NCBI GenBank assembly: GCA_035501175.1
Contig: DATJWQ010000058.1
Location: 213 to 64,212, forward strand
Reading direction: 5' to 3'
DNA: 64,000 bases
From: Verrucomicrobiia bacterium
Lineage (GTDB): Bacteria > Verrucomicrobiota > Verrucomicrobiia > Palsa-1439
This document shows positions 35,956-45,765 of the stretch, in pieces. The notes under the pieces were generated by a model. The model saw nothing but the letters and a program-made list of their open reading frames with translations. It had not been told where the DNA came from and did not search any database. The position numbers were made by a program, and so were the translations under genes. Position 1 is the first letter of the stretch. Each line of letters opens with the position of its first letter.

Positions 35956-37323
35956 CTACTGGAGTTTTGTGGGCGCTGGACGAGGCGCCGGAGCATCGAC
36001 ATAAAGCGACAAGTTCGCCGTCGCGCTACCGTTATGCGGCGTGCGGACGTAGGCGTAGAGACGATAGCCGCCGCCGGCGTTGGGCATCTTCAACACGACT
36101 TCGTTGTCGCGGGAACGGGTAATCGCCTCGGGAAACCCCGACGCTCCGCTGGCGCCTTCGGCGTCCGCCTGATATTGGAACGCGTCGCGCCGCAGTTCCC
36201 ACGTCACGGTGACGGGTTCACCGCTCGCGCTGCTGGTGTCCAACACGGCGCGGACCACCGCACCCGTCGGGTACTCGCCGCTGCCCTGGGCGAGTTTCAA
36301 GCTGTTGATCTTCGGGCAGGGATTCGTGACGGGCTTGCCCGTCCACAATTCACTGATTGTATCCACGGCGGCGACCTTCGAGCCATCGGGGAGAAACATG
36401 CCATACCAGGTAGCGGTGGCTTCGCGCTTGAATCCCCAGTTGAACGCGTAGGAGCCGAGGCAGAGGCCGGGCTGACCGGTGACGGAGTGGACGTACGTCC
36501 GTCGATACCAGTCGGCTTTCTCGGTGCTGGTGAGTTCGCGCACACCGCCCCACGGTTTCTTCTCCATCTCCCATTGGCCGGGCGGGCCGAACTCGGTGAT
36601 GATGTACGGTTTTATGCCGCCGGCGTTGCGGTAGCGATCGCCCACGGACTCGCCGCCCGCGTAGCTGTTGATGCCGACGATGTCGATGTGCGGGCAGTAC
36701 CTGTGGAGGTTCGGGATCTTGTCATTGCCGACCTCGGCAATGACGGTCATGGTTGGATGATTCGGATCCTCCTGCTTGATCATGGCGGCGATGTCTTCGA
36801 TGGCGTGCCAGACGGCGGGATCGTCGGCAGGCTCGTCATTTTCCATTTCGTTGCCGATGGCCCAGATCAACAGTGCGGGCGAATTCCGAAAGTGGCGGAC
36901 GATGGCGCGTGTTTTGTCCAGTTGCGCCGCCACCTGATCGGCGTTGTGGTAATCAAATCCCTGACGCCGGTGACCGAGCCAGATGCCCGCGGTGACGGTG
37001 AGGCCGAGATTCTGCGCATCGGCCAGATCATCGGTGAGACGATCGGCGCCCCAGGTGCGAAACGAGTTCCCGCCCAGCTGCACCAGCAGCGCCTTCGAAC
37101 CGGTGCCGCCCACGCCCTTGATAAAATACGGTTTGCCGTCGCGCGCGAGATGCCAGCCGCTGCCGGTCTTGACGACTTCAACGCGGACGGGCTCGTCAGC
37201 GAGAGCCCGGAGGGGCAGAAGGGTGGTCGATGCAACCGCGAGCGAGACGAGCAGCGCTGTCGTCGCAAGCACGGCGCGCGCGCACACCCGGTCCTTCGAC
37301 TGAGTCTCGATGGCGCGCGGCAT
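35956..37323 (-). CDS. Exported clan GH-A glycoside hydrolase (GH2-TIM-barrel-like) with C-terminal Ig-like domain
   Basis: GGNSFRTWG, WAIGNEME (acid/base), GINSY, YIITEFG (nucleophile). Confidence 0.8.
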   Translation of the reverse strand: MPRAIETQSKDRVCARAVLATTALLVSLAVASTTLLPLRALADEPVRVEVVKTGSGWHLARDGKPYFIKGVGGTGSKALLVQLGGNSFRTWGADRLTDDLADAQNLGLTVTAGIWLGHRRQGFDYHNADQVAAQLDKTRAIVRHFRNSPALLIWAIGNEMENDEPADDPAVWHAIEDIAAMIKQEDPNHPTMTVIAEVGNDKIPNLHRYCPHIDIVGINSYAGGESVGDRYRNAGGIKPYIITEFGPPGQWEMEKKPWGGVRELTSTEKADWYRRTYVHSVTGQPGLCLGSYAFNWGFKREATATWYGMFLPDGSKVAAVDTISELWTGKPVTNPCPKINSLKLAQGSGEYPTGAVVRAVLDTSSASGEPVTVTWELRRDAFQYQADAEGASGASGFPEAITRSRDNEVVLKMPNAGGGYRLYAYVRTPHNGSATANLSLYVDAPAPRPAPTKLQ

Positions 37324-37347
37324 CAGCGATCTCCATTGATTGTCACG

Positions 37348-38487
37348 TCAGCGACGCGCCGGCGGAGCAGTCGATTCGCGCTGGAGCAATTCGGCATCAA
37401 GAAGGGTCGAGGTCACGGTGTGGGTATGATTCTCCAAGGCCGAGAGGACGCGCTCGATGGTCAATCGGCCGATCAGGCTCTTGTCCACGCGAACCGTGGT
37501 CAGCCGCGGATGCGTCGTCGTGCCCCAGATGATATCGTCGAACCCAATGATGGAAATGTCGCGCGGTACTTCGAGGGGAGACAGTCGATGAACCGCTTGG
37601 ATCGCGCCGACCGCCATTTCGTCATTCATGCAAAACACCGCCGTGGGCGGAGCCTTGGACTTGAGCAGCGATGCCATCGCTTGATAGCCGCTGTCCAGAC
37701 GGAAATCGCCCTGAAAGTGTCGAACGGATTCGCCGGGGATGCCCGCCTGCTTCAGCGCGTTGTGGGCGCCTTCGAGACGCTCGCGGGTTGCGGCAGCGTC
37801 ATCCTCGCCGAGGAAGACCGCGATGTCCTTGTGCCCCAATGCGAGCAAATGATTGACGGCTGTTTCGGCGCCGCCGATGTTGTCGACAGCGATCGTATCG
37901 ACGCGCAGGCCGCGAAGCTGAAAATCAACCAGGACCGACGGCGGCCCGTTACGAACGATCCGCCGGAGGCCGTCGGAATCGAACGGCCCGAGGAAGATCA
38001 CGGCATCGAGGTTGGCGTGGCCCATTTGCTCGGAGATGTCCGCGGTGTCGGACTGGGGCATGGGCAGCACGACGAGGTTGCCCTTGCGTTTGCTGATCTC
38101 GGTGCGCAGGCTGGCGAGGATTTCGGCGTGATAAGGACCGGGCTCGCCGGTCAGTACGCGGGAAATCAGACCGACCGTGAGCACTTTGTTTCGGACGCGC
38201 TCCCTGCGGACGGGGAGCGTCTCGGAAACGTAGGTGCCCTGGGCGGGCTTCGTGTAAATCAACCCTTCGGACTTAAGTTCAAGCAGGGCGCGTCGAACGG
38301 TGATTTTGGTGACGCCGCAGGTCGTCGCCAAATCGTCCATCGACGGCAATCGCTGGCCGGGCTTCAACTTGCCGTCACGGATATTTCGTCCAAGGCGGAG
38401 GGCCAATTGTCGATACAGGTGTTCGCCCGATTCGCGATGATCGCGGGCGAAGGTTTGAATCGCAGAAATTGGCGACTTGTTTTTCAT
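37348..38487 (-). CDS. GntR-wHTH / LacI-type effector-domain hybrid regulator (AraR-like architecture)
   Basis: LKPGQRLPS..LA...GVTKITVRRALLEL..EGLI...GTYV, then a periplasmic-binding fold (DNIGG, PTAVFCMND..A.G, DISIIGFDD, LTTV). Confidence 0.88.
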   Translation of the reverse strand: MKNKSPISAIQTFARDHRESGEHLYRQLALRLGRNIRDGKLKPGQRLPSMDDLATTCGVTKITVRRALLELKSEGLIYTKPAQGTYVSETLPVRRERVRNKVLTVGLISRVLTGEPGPYHAEILASLRTEISKRKGNLVVLPMPQSDTADISEQMGHANLDAVIFLGPFDSDGLRRIVRNGPPSVLVDFQLRGLRVDTIAVDNIGGAETAVNHLLALGHKDIAVFLGEDDAAATRERLEGAHNALKQAGIPGESVRHFQGDFRLDSGYQAMASLLKSKAPPTAVFCMNDEMAVGAIQAVHRLSPLEVPRDISIIGFDDIIWGTTTHPRLTTVRVDKSLIGRLTIERVLSALENHTHTVTSTLLDAELLQRESTAPPARR

Positions 38488-38527
38488 AAAATCAGGCTCC
38501 AAAAGCGGCCATACAGCGCATGGATAC

Positions 38528-38545
38528 TAGATGTACACTATTATA
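38528..38545 (-). promoter_or_regulatory. -10 box TATAAT with adjacent TGTACA palindrome upstream of the hybrid regulator
   Basis: ATTATA at 38540-38545 (TATAAT on minus), TGTACA at 38532-38537; no clear -35. Confidence 0.35.
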
Positions 38546-38621
38546 TAGACACCTTATCCCGCAGTTCTTGTATCAGTCTTTTCCGTGGAACGCAAGAATG
38601 TTCTGGACAGAATATGACTAG

Positions 38622-38644
38622 TATGCTACTAGAATCGTAGCATA
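38622..38644. promoter_or_regulatory. Perfect inverted repeat TATGCTAC-N7-GTAGCATA (candidate operator)
   Basis: 8-bp arms in an AT-rich intergenic region. Confidence 0.45.
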
Positions 38645-38789
38645 ACATTTGACGGGATTTGTTGCTAGCAGCCGAATTCATCGTGCATTTGTCTCGCCGG
38701 TCATCATGGGACAGCGGGGTGCCGAGGATACGGAACGCGCAAAGACGCCGAAGCGCGGAGAGAGAGCTGCACAAACCTGTAGAAGTTGA

Positions 38790-38875
38790 GAGCGCAGCTG
38801 CAGGAACCTTGGTCGGTTAACACGAACAAAGCCTCGTTCACGACCGGGCGAACAACCACGCGGCTGCGCTCTTTT
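38790..38875 (+). ncRNA. Candidate structured element 2, homologous to 33175-33253
   Basis: Stem GAGCGCAGCTGC/GCGGCTGCGCTC with T4 tail; shares GCCT(C/T)GTTCACGAC and GG..GAA hairpin with element 1. Confidence 0.45.
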
Positions 38876-38908
38876 CGTTGATTCTCCGCCCCTGCCCCCC
38901 CGTGCGCA

Positions 38909-41182
38909 CTATGGCTGGCGTGTGACTTTCAGGTGCAGGAATCTGGCGCTGGTTGCCGACAGCGGATTGCCGGCGTCAGAGGCTTGAATCGTTTCCGTTA
39001 CACTGTTGCTCTGAATGATGGTCGAGGTGATCCCGTTCGCGCTCCATGGGCCGCCCGGATTGTTGGCCCCTTCGGCGGCGTAAGTGAGGTCGATTGCGGA
39101 TAGTACCTTCGTGTAGGTCAGACTCAGGCAATCACAATTCGTACTGACTTGCAGGACGGGCAATCCCTGCGCGCTGGTGACGTTCGGATTCAGACTCAAG
39201 GCGTATTCCAACAAATTCGCGACACCGTCACCGTCCGGATCCGCCAGATCGCCACTGATCGCGGCGTTGTTGGCGTTCGTACCAAACTCCGTCCATCGCC
39301 AATCGTTGAACGGTGTGTCGTGCAAAACCATCGTCGCGCTTGCGGGCGATCCAACGCTGTAGGTGGCGGAATTCGCCAAAGTCAACGTCACCGTCACGTC
39401 GCCATCGACGGTGCCATTGTCAATGGGCGCAATTGTAATCGTCGACGAAGCTGAGCCTGCTGCAATTGTCGCGGTATCGGAAATGAAGCTGTAATCAACA
39501 CCATTGCTGGCAGTGCCAGCGATCATGTAATTCACCGTCAGATCCGTATTCGTCGAGCCAAGGCGGGAAACAGTGAATACGCCCGGTATCGCGCCAAACT
39601 TGTAGGCGTTCGATGTTGTCGCGGAGATGCTGACGACGGACGGGCCGACGGCATAGAGGGTCGCATTGTTGATCGCATAGACCGTTCCATCGACGCCGAC
39701 GAGCGTGGGGGTGTAGGCTTCGCCGATGCCGGACGTCAATGTGACCGCCTGCGTCAGCGTGTTCGACGTCAAATCCCAGCGGTACAGATTTCCATCCTCG
39801 TTATTGGCAAGGACCGATTTCGTAAACGGATCAACCGCCGCCGAATTGATGCACCACTCGCGGACCCCCGCCAGTGGTGGATTCGGCGTCGGACCGAGGA
39901 CGGTCAGCACCTCATTCATCACGGTAGCGCCGCTGACCGGATCGGTCTCGGTGGCTTCGGGGTCGAGAATGGCAATCTTGTTGGAACCGTTTCCACCCGC
40001 GTCGGCGTAGTTGTTGTACTTGGTCATCAACAAATAGGCCGAGCTGCCGTGGTACGAAGCCACGAGAGACGTGGACACAATGGAGGCCGTGTCGTCCCAG
40101 CCAAACGCACCCGGCGTCTTGCTGTGGGCAAGCGAGCTGTCGAAGTGGAGCAACCAGCCGCGGTAATGGTTCTCACCCGCCGGGGTCTCCAGAACACCAT
40201 AATACACATCGCCGTCGGTCCCAATCGTGGGCGAGGCCGTGCCATCATCAGGCACGCTGGCATCGCTCGACGGAGTGAGCACGTCTTTCAGCCGCACCTT
40301 GGCCACCGTTGAGAGCGTCGAGCTGTTCAACGCGATCAGGTAGCCGTAGTTTCCGAAATCGCCGCTGGAACTGTTAACAGCGATATACAACGTGTTGCCG
40401 TCGATACTCAGGGCGGGTGCGCAATTCTGCGCCACTTTGATAATCCCTGAGTCACTGGCCGCCGCTGTGGCGGAAATCCACGTGCCCGTCCCACTCGCGT
40501 CAATCCGCGCAACACCGCTGGTCAGGCTCAACGGCGTAGACCCGGTAACCTGAAAGCCGAAAAAAATGTCTCCCTTCGTGTCCGAAGTAATCGGTGTATC
40601 AATAAACACATTCCCCAGATATGCGTTCGTATTGGCCAGGTAATTCGTCAATCCATAGAAAACGACTTGTCCGATGACCGGCGCATTGGTTGAGTCGGGG
40701 GCATCGCAGTAGTAGACGGTGCCGCCGCCTCCGGGAAAGTACAGCCGGTTCTTCGGCGTAAGCGTCCCGGAAAAACTCGGCGTCCAGTTGTGCGGAGGGA
40801 GAACGTAATCCGTGGACTGCATCCACTGCAACGCGCCATTCGTGCCGGCATGCGCTTCGATGCGGAAGCCGCCCGACGCCCCCGTTTTCACCGGCACGAG
40901 GACCGTGTTGGAAGACGTAATCAGCGGTGAGCCGTAGTGGATGAGCAACTCATCGCCACTATACTGCGGATCGAGGTCGACCGGTGTCTGCCAACGGATG
41001 AGACCGAGCGGATACGAGACAACAGCCGACACGGCACCATGCTGCGCGTCGTGTGCGTAATCGCACCAGGCCGCGTTAGTCTGGGCGAAGCTGTACGATG
41101 GGAACGACAAACCGCCAACGGCGCCTGCCGCAAAGGTGACCCACAATTTGTGCACAATACGACCGAGTGAAGCCCTTTTCAT
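38909..41182 (-). CDS. Large secreted protein: putative beta-propeller + Calx-beta domain + acidic C-terminal domain
   Basis: Signal peptide; WQTPVDL..LLIHYGSP N-domain; FTVSRLGSTNTDLTVNY.IAGTA.NGVDY (Calx-beta); DPDGDGVANLLEYALSLNP...RFLHLKV tail. Confidence 0.7.
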   Translation of the reverse strand: MKRASLGRIVHKLWVTFAAGAVGGLSFPSYSFAQTNAAWCDYAHDAQHGAVSAVVSYPLGLIRWQTPVDLDPQYSGDELLIHYGSPLITSSNTVLVPVKTGASGGFRIEAHAGTNGALQWMQSTDYVLPPHNWTPSFSGTLTPKNRLYFPGGGGTVYYCDAPDSTNAPVIGQVVFYGLTNYLANTNAYLGNVFIDTPITSDTKGDIFFGFQVTGSTPLSLTSGVARIDASGTGTWISATAAASDSGIIKVAQNCAPALSIDGNTLYIAVNSSSGDFGNYGYLIALNSSTLSTVAKVRLKDVLTPSSDASVPDDGTASPTIGTDGDVYYGVLETPAGENHYRGWLLHFDSSLAHSKTPGAFGWDDTASIVSTSLVASYHGSSAYLLMTKYNNYADAGGNGSNKIAILDPEATETDPVSGATVMNEVLTVLGPTPNPPLAGVREWCINSAAVDPFTKSVLANNEDGNLYRWDLTSNTLTQAVTLTSGIGEAYTPTLVGVDGTVYAINNATLYAVGPSVVSISATTSNAYKFGAIPGVFTVSRLGSTNTDLTVNYMIAGTASNGVDYSFISDTATIAAGSASSTITIAPIDNGTVDGDVTVTLTLANSATYSVGSPASATMVLHDTPFNDWRWTEFGTNANNAAISGDLADPDGDGVANLLEYALSLNPNVTSAQGLPVLQVSTNCDCLSLTYTKVLSAIDLTYAAEGANNPGGPWSANGITSTIIQSNSVTETIQASDAGNPLSATSARFLHLKVTRQP

Positions 41183-41292
41183 CTCACACCCTCACGCCAA
41201 TGATTTTGTGTGACTACGACCGCGACCCACCGACCGCAGGACAGCCTAGCACCACACATTTGCAGGGCAAGGGAATTCTTTACGTCCGGCAC

Positions 41293-41320
41293 TTGCGAAC
41301 GGGTGCATTAGGCGTAAGAT
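41293..41320 (+). promoter_or_regulatory. Putative promoter of the DUF1326/molybdoenzyme operon
   Basis: TTGCGA-16 nt-TAAGAT. Confidence 0.35.
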
Positions 41321-41342
41321 ACGGGCAATAAGGTGCGATGGC

Positions 41343-42068
41343 GTGATGAGAATTCGGGTCATGGTGTTCGCCTGTTTGTTTTGCGCGGCCGGCGTGTGCC
41401 TGCGTGCCGCTGATGCACCTCGAGGTGAGCTGCTGGAGTTGCACTCGTGTCAGCTCTACATCGGCGGGTGTATCGCCTCTTCCGAATCCACTCAGGAGGG
41501 GCAATACCTGTTGCGCGTCTGGCATTTTGCCGACGGTTCACATGACGACACTCTCCTCCACGGCCTGACGGTCGCCCTGTTGGAAGTTTCCGACCAGAAT
41601 CTCGCGACCAAAGCCGCGCGACCCGCCGATTCGATCATCTATCTCCCGCAATCGGCCACGGTCTCCCAATGCGCTGCGCTGGTCGATTGGCTCAAGGCGG
41701 CCAATCCAGAGGTTGTCCACACAAGGGTGCGCACGCGGATTCTGCCCATCGAATTCTCTCACCACGGCAGCATCGTCTCCTTTTCCGCAGGCGATACGCT
41801 GCAAATTGAAACCACGCCATTCCCACCCTGCGGCCTCGTTAGTTGTGGTGAGGCCCTCTGGTATACGCCCCGCTCGACCGTGTCATCATATACGGTTGGC
41901 GTCACGAGCAAGGCGGTTGTCTGCGAGCCGATGCTGGCGCTGAAATGGATCGATCACGGCAAGAATAATATCTTTGAAGGCCGCTTCGGCGATGATGTCC
42001 CAACGCGCGCGGCTTTCGTTCCTCCCGCGTTCGCTTGTGTTGCGGCGAATCACGCATCGCATGAGTGA
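41343..42068 (+). CDS. Exported DUF1326-like protein
   Basis: Signal peptide, GELLELHSCQLYIGGCIASSE; overlaps the next start by 8 bp. Confidence 0.55.
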   Translation: MMRIRVMVFACLFCAAGVCLRAADAPRGELLELHSCQLYIGGCIASSESTQEGQYLLRVWHFADGSHDDTLLHGLTVALLEVSDQNLATKAARPADSIIYLPQSATVSQCAALVDWLKAANPEVVHTRVRTRILPIEFSHHGSIVSFSAGDTLQIETTPFPPCGLVSCGEALWYTPRSTVSSYTVGVTSKAVVCEPMLALKWIDHGKNNIFEGRFGDDVPTRAAFVPPAFACVAANHASHE

Positions 42069-42726
42069 TCGCCCGCACAACGAGCCCTTCGGCAAAGACA
42101 TCAGCCGCCGCTCATTCCTGAAAGGTCTGGGGACCGTTGTCGTCGCGACAGCGGCCGTGCCAGCGGGTGCCGTCGCCGCCGGGACGGAAGAACTTGCGAA
42201 ACTCGGGGGCGATCGAACTCTTGGCCCGGGCCAGGTTCCCGTCACTCTCCAGGTCAACGGCAAGCCGCTCAAATTGAATCTCGAACCGCGGGTGACCCTG
42301 CTTGACGCGCTGCGGAATTACTCCGGCCTGACGGGGACAAAAGAGGTTTGCGACCGGGCCACCTGCGGGGCGTGCACGGTCCTCGTTGACGGCAGGCCGG
42401 TGTACTCCTGCATGAAGCTGGCGATCGAAGCGCAAGGCCATGAGATCACAACCGTCGAGGGAGTGTCGCCTGCCAGCAAGCTCTCAGCCGTGCAGCAAGC
42501 CGTGGTCAACGGCGATGCCTCCATGTGCGGATACTGCACGCCGGGTTTTGTGATGACCGCGACCGCGCTTTTCAGGGAGAATCCGCATCCGACGGCCGAT
42601 GAATTGCGCGTCGCGTGCTCCGGCAACCTCTGCCGGTGCGGAACGCAACATCGCATGCTCAACGCGCTGCTCAACCTGGCCGGAACACCGGTGGCGAAAA
42701 CAAGCGAGGTTATCCGCGATGCGTAG
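42061..42726 (+). CDS. Molybdoenzyme 2x[2Fe-2S] subunit with Tat signal (PaoA/YagT-like)
   Basis: SRRSFLKG Tat motif; CDRATCGAC...SC and CGYCTPG...CRC. Confidence 0.92.
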   Translation: MSDRPHNEPFGKDISRRSFLKGLGTVVVATAAVPAGAVAAGTEELAKLGGDRTLGPGQVPVTLQVNGKPLKLNLEPRVTLLDALRNYSGLTGTKEVCDRATCGACTVLVDGRPVYSCMKLAIEAQGHEITTVEGVSPASKLSAVQQAVVNGDASMCGYCTPGFVMTATALFRENPHPTADELRVACSGNLCRCGTQHRMLNALLNLAGTPVAKTSEVIRDA

Positions 42727-44806
42727 TTGGCCGGAGAAGATGGCCGTTGTCGGCGAGAGCACGAAGCGCGTCGATACGCCCGCGAAAGTCACCGGCGAGG
42801 CCAGATACGCCTCCGATGTTCAGCCCAACGGATGGCTCTACGGAATGATCTTTCGTTCCCGGTGGCCGGCGGCGCGCGTCACCCGCGTGAATGTGGAAAA
42901 GGCGCGGAAAATGCCCGGCATCAAGGCCGCCATCGTCGAACGCGAGGGCGAGCGGACCGTTCGGTTCTACGGCGAGGAACTCGCGGCGGTCGCGGGCGTC
43001 TCCAAACAGGCATGCCTCGACGCACTGCGGGCGATCGAAATCGACGCCACGCCGTTGCCATTTGTCGTTAAGGAGGAAACTGCGAAAAGCCCTGACTCGC
43101 CGCGGGTCTGGCCCGATACGCCGAATCTCGCCGACCCCAACATTCGCGAGAAGGGTGATGTCGACAAGGCGTTTGCGAGTGCGGCCGCGGTGGTGGAAGG
43201 GTTCTTCACCACACCCGTCCAGCTCCATCATCCTCTCGAAACTCACGGCAACACGATTTCGGTGACGAATGACGGCGTCACGTGCTGGGCATCGACCCAG
43301 GGTATTTTCAGCGTGCGCGAGGGGCTTGCCTCGTACCTCGACATGTCCCAGGAAAAAGTGCGCGTGATCACGGACTACATGGGCGGCGGGTTCGGATCGA
43401 AGTTCGGCCCCGGCCCGCACGGTGGGCTGGCGGCGCGCCTTTCGCAAGCCGCGGGCGCCCCGGTGAAATTGATGCTCACACGGTTCGATCAAGCGCTGGC
43501 CGTTGGCAATCGTCCATCGTCCTTTCAGAAGATTCGTCTCGGAGCTGATGCGGAAGGCAAACTGGTCGCGTTCGACATGGATTCGTTCGGCACCGCCGGC
43601 ATCGGTGCGGGTGCTGCCTCCGCCGGGGGTGGCGGCGGCGCCGGTTTTCCTGCGCCGTACATCTATACGGTTCCCAACATCCGCGTGAAGCAGGCGGTCG
43701 TCGCGATCAACGCCGGCCAGAGCTGCGCGTTCCGGGCGCCGGGCCATCCGATTGCCTCGTTCGGCATGGAATCGATCATGGACGAGCTGGCCGTGAAACT
43801 GAAGATGGATCCGGTCGACCTCCGGGTAAAGAATGACCCCGGCAAGATTCGGCAACGCGAATACGCCCTTGGCGCGGAACGGTTCGGTTGGAAACAGAAA
43901 TACAAACCGCCGGGCTCGTCCCCCGGCCCGGTCAAGGTTGGCGTCGGTTGCGCGGGGGCAACATGGGGCGGCGGCGGGCGCGGCTCCCATGCCGAGGCGC
44001 AGATCAATCCCGATGGCAGCGTGGAAGTTCGCTGCGGCACGCAGGATCTCGGCACGGGTTCGCGGACGATGGTCGGAGTTGTCGCCGCGGAAGTTTTCGG
44101 ACTCAAGCCCGAGCAGATCACCATCAGGATTGGCGACACGCTGTACCCGCCCTCGGGCGCCAGCGGCGGCAGCACGACGGCGGCCTCGGTTTGTCCGGCG
44201 ATTTTCGACACATGCACAAACGCCCTCCAGAAATTACAGCAGACCACCGGCGTGGCCGATGCGCGGGGCGCGAACTGGGTGGCCGCCTGCAAGAAGCTCG
44301 GCGTCAATCCGCTCACGGCCCACGGGGAATGGCAGGAAGGATTGTCATCCAGCGGCGTTGGTGGGGTTCAATTCGCCGAGGTCGAGGTGGACACGGAGAC
44401 GGGGTTCGTAAAGGTGCGCAAGGTGCTCTGCGTGCAGGACTGCGGGCTCGTCGTCAACAAACTCACGACCGAGACGCTGATCAACGGTGGCGTTATCATG
44501 GGCCTGGGCTATGCCCTCTATGAAGAACGTGTGATGGACCCGACAACGGGCCTTGTGTTGAACCCGAATTTCGAAACGTACAAGTTGCCCAATTTCGCGG
44601 ACGTGCCCGATATCGAGGTCGTCTTGATGGAAATGCCCGAGCGCGGAGTCATTGGCGTGGGCGAGCCCTGCACGATCCCGACCGCCTCAGCCATCGCCAA
44701 TGCGGTTGCCAACGCGCTTGGCGTACGCGTCCCCAGCCTGCCGATCACGCCGGCGCGCGTCCTCGCGGCGCTTGGCAAAGCCGTCAAACCGGGAGGTTCA
44801 GTTTGA
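42719..44806 (+). CDS. Xanthine dehydrogenase-family molybdopterin-binding subunit (PaoC/YagR-like)
   Basis: KVTGEARY, MGGGFGSK, FRAPG, GTQDLGTG, GGSTT, GGVIMG, GVGE (catalytic Glu). Confidence 0.92.
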   Translation: MRSWPEKMAVVGESTKRVDTPAKVTGEARYASDVQPNGWLYGMIFRSRWPAARVTRVNVEKARKMPGIKAAIVEREGERTVRFYGEELAAVAGVSKQACLDALRAIEIDATPLPFVVKEETAKSPDSPRVWPDTPNLADPNIREKGDVDKAFASAAAVVEGFFTTPVQLHHPLETHGNTISVTNDGVTCWASTQGIFSVREGLASYLDMSQEKVRVITDYMGGGFGSKFGPGPHGGLAARLSQAAGAPVKLMLTRFDQALAVGNRPSSFQKIRLGADAEGKLVAFDMDSFGTAGIGAGAASAGGGGGAGFPAPYIYTVPNIRVKQAVVAINAGQSCAFRAPGHPIASFGMESIMDELAVKLKMDPVDLRVKNDPGKIRQREYALGAERFGWKQKYKPPGSSPGPVKVGVGCAGATWGGGGRGSHAEAQINPDGSVEVRCGTQDLGTGSRTMVGVVAAEVFGLKPEQITIRIGDTLYPPSGASGGSTTAASVCPAIFDTCTNALQKLQQTTGVADARGANWVAACKKLGVNPLTAHGEWQEGLSSSGVGGVQFAEVEVDTETGFVKVRKVLCVQDCGLVVNKLTTETLINGGVIMGLGYALYEERVMDPTTGLVLNPNFETYKLPNFADVPDIEVVLMEMPERGVIGVGEPCTIPTASAIANAVANALGVRVPSLPITPARVLAALGKAVKPGGSV

Positions 44807-45762
44807 ACCCGTTCCAATACACCTCCCCGCGCGCGGCGGACAGCGCCGTCTCGCTGGTTGCCGACCACGGACGATTCTTTGCCGGCGGGATCGACGTGCT
44901 TGGCGAGATGAAGGAATACATCGCCAGCCCGCATGTGTTGGTGAATGTGAAGGATCTGGCCGGCACGCGTGACATCACACCGGGGAAACCGTGGACGATT
45001 GGCGCAAATGTGACGATCGCCGAGATCCAGGATCATCCCGAACTGAAGCGCGTCTTTCCCGGTCTTCAGCAGGCGGCGGCGGAGGTCGGGTCTCCCCAGA
45101 TTCGCAACGTTGCCACCGTGGGAGGCAATCTCGCCCAGCATTCGCGCTGCTGGTACTACCGCCATCGCGATATCCAGTGCCTGAAACGTGGTGGCAGCAC
45201 TTGCTACGCGCGGGAAGGCGAGAACAAGTACCACAGTTTATTCACCGGCAACCCCTGTATCAGTCCGGTCGTGTCGAATCTGGCGATTGCGTTGGCGGCT
45301 CTCGACGCGAAGGTCATTGTGCGGCGTGGAAAGGATGAGGTCGCGCTGACAATCCCGGAATTGTACGCGAAAGCCTGGGACAATCCCGAGGCCCACAACT
45401 CATTGGGACCGACTGATCTGATTCTCCGTGTGCAAATCGCGGATGAAGGACGCACGAGCGTGTACAAACAGATCAGCGAGAAGGCGAGTTTCGATTGGGC
45501 GCTCGTCAGTTGTGCCGCGGCCGCGAAAGTCGATGGCCACAAACTGAGCAAGGTCCGCGTGGTGCTGGGTGCGGTTTCACCAGTGCCGTATCAGGTTCAA
45601 GCCGCGCACGAGTTTCTCGAGGGCAAGGAAGTTAACGACGATCTGGCGGCGCATGCTGCGGAAATCGTGCTGAAGGATGCAGTGCCGCTGGATCACAACG
45701 GGTACAAGGTGCCGATTGCCCGGGCACTCATCCGCCGGACGCTCAACCAGCTTGTGGGGTGA
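44803..45762 (+). CDS. FAD-binding subunit with [4Fe-4S] insertion (PaoB/YagS-like)
   Basis: AGGID, QIRNVATVGGN, four-Cys insert RCWYY..C..GGSTC..PC, NGYK; TTG start overlapping the upstream stop. Confidence 0.9.
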   Translation: MNPFQYTSPRAADSAVSLVADHGRFFAGGIDVLGEMKEYIASPHVLVNVKDLAGTRDITPGKPWTIGANVTIAEIQDHPELKRVFPGLQQAAAEVGSPQIRNVATVGGNLAQHSRCWYYRHRDIQCLKRGGSTCYAREGENKYHSLFTGNPCISPVVSNLAIALAALDAKVIVRRGKDEVALTIPELYAKAWDNPEAHNSLGPTDLILRVQIADEGRTSVYKQISEKASFDWALVSCAAAAKVDGHKLSKVRVVLGAVSPVPYQVQAAHEFLEGKEVNDDLAAHAAEIVLKDAVPLDHNGYKVPIARALIRRTLNQLVG

Positions 45763-45765
45763 ACG

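Noticed and set aside
35788-38640. 950-aa plus-strand ORF
   Set aside because: Antisense shadow of the GH and regulator genes, which have clear motifs on the minus strand; no domain signal; long shadow ORFs are common in GC-rich DNA
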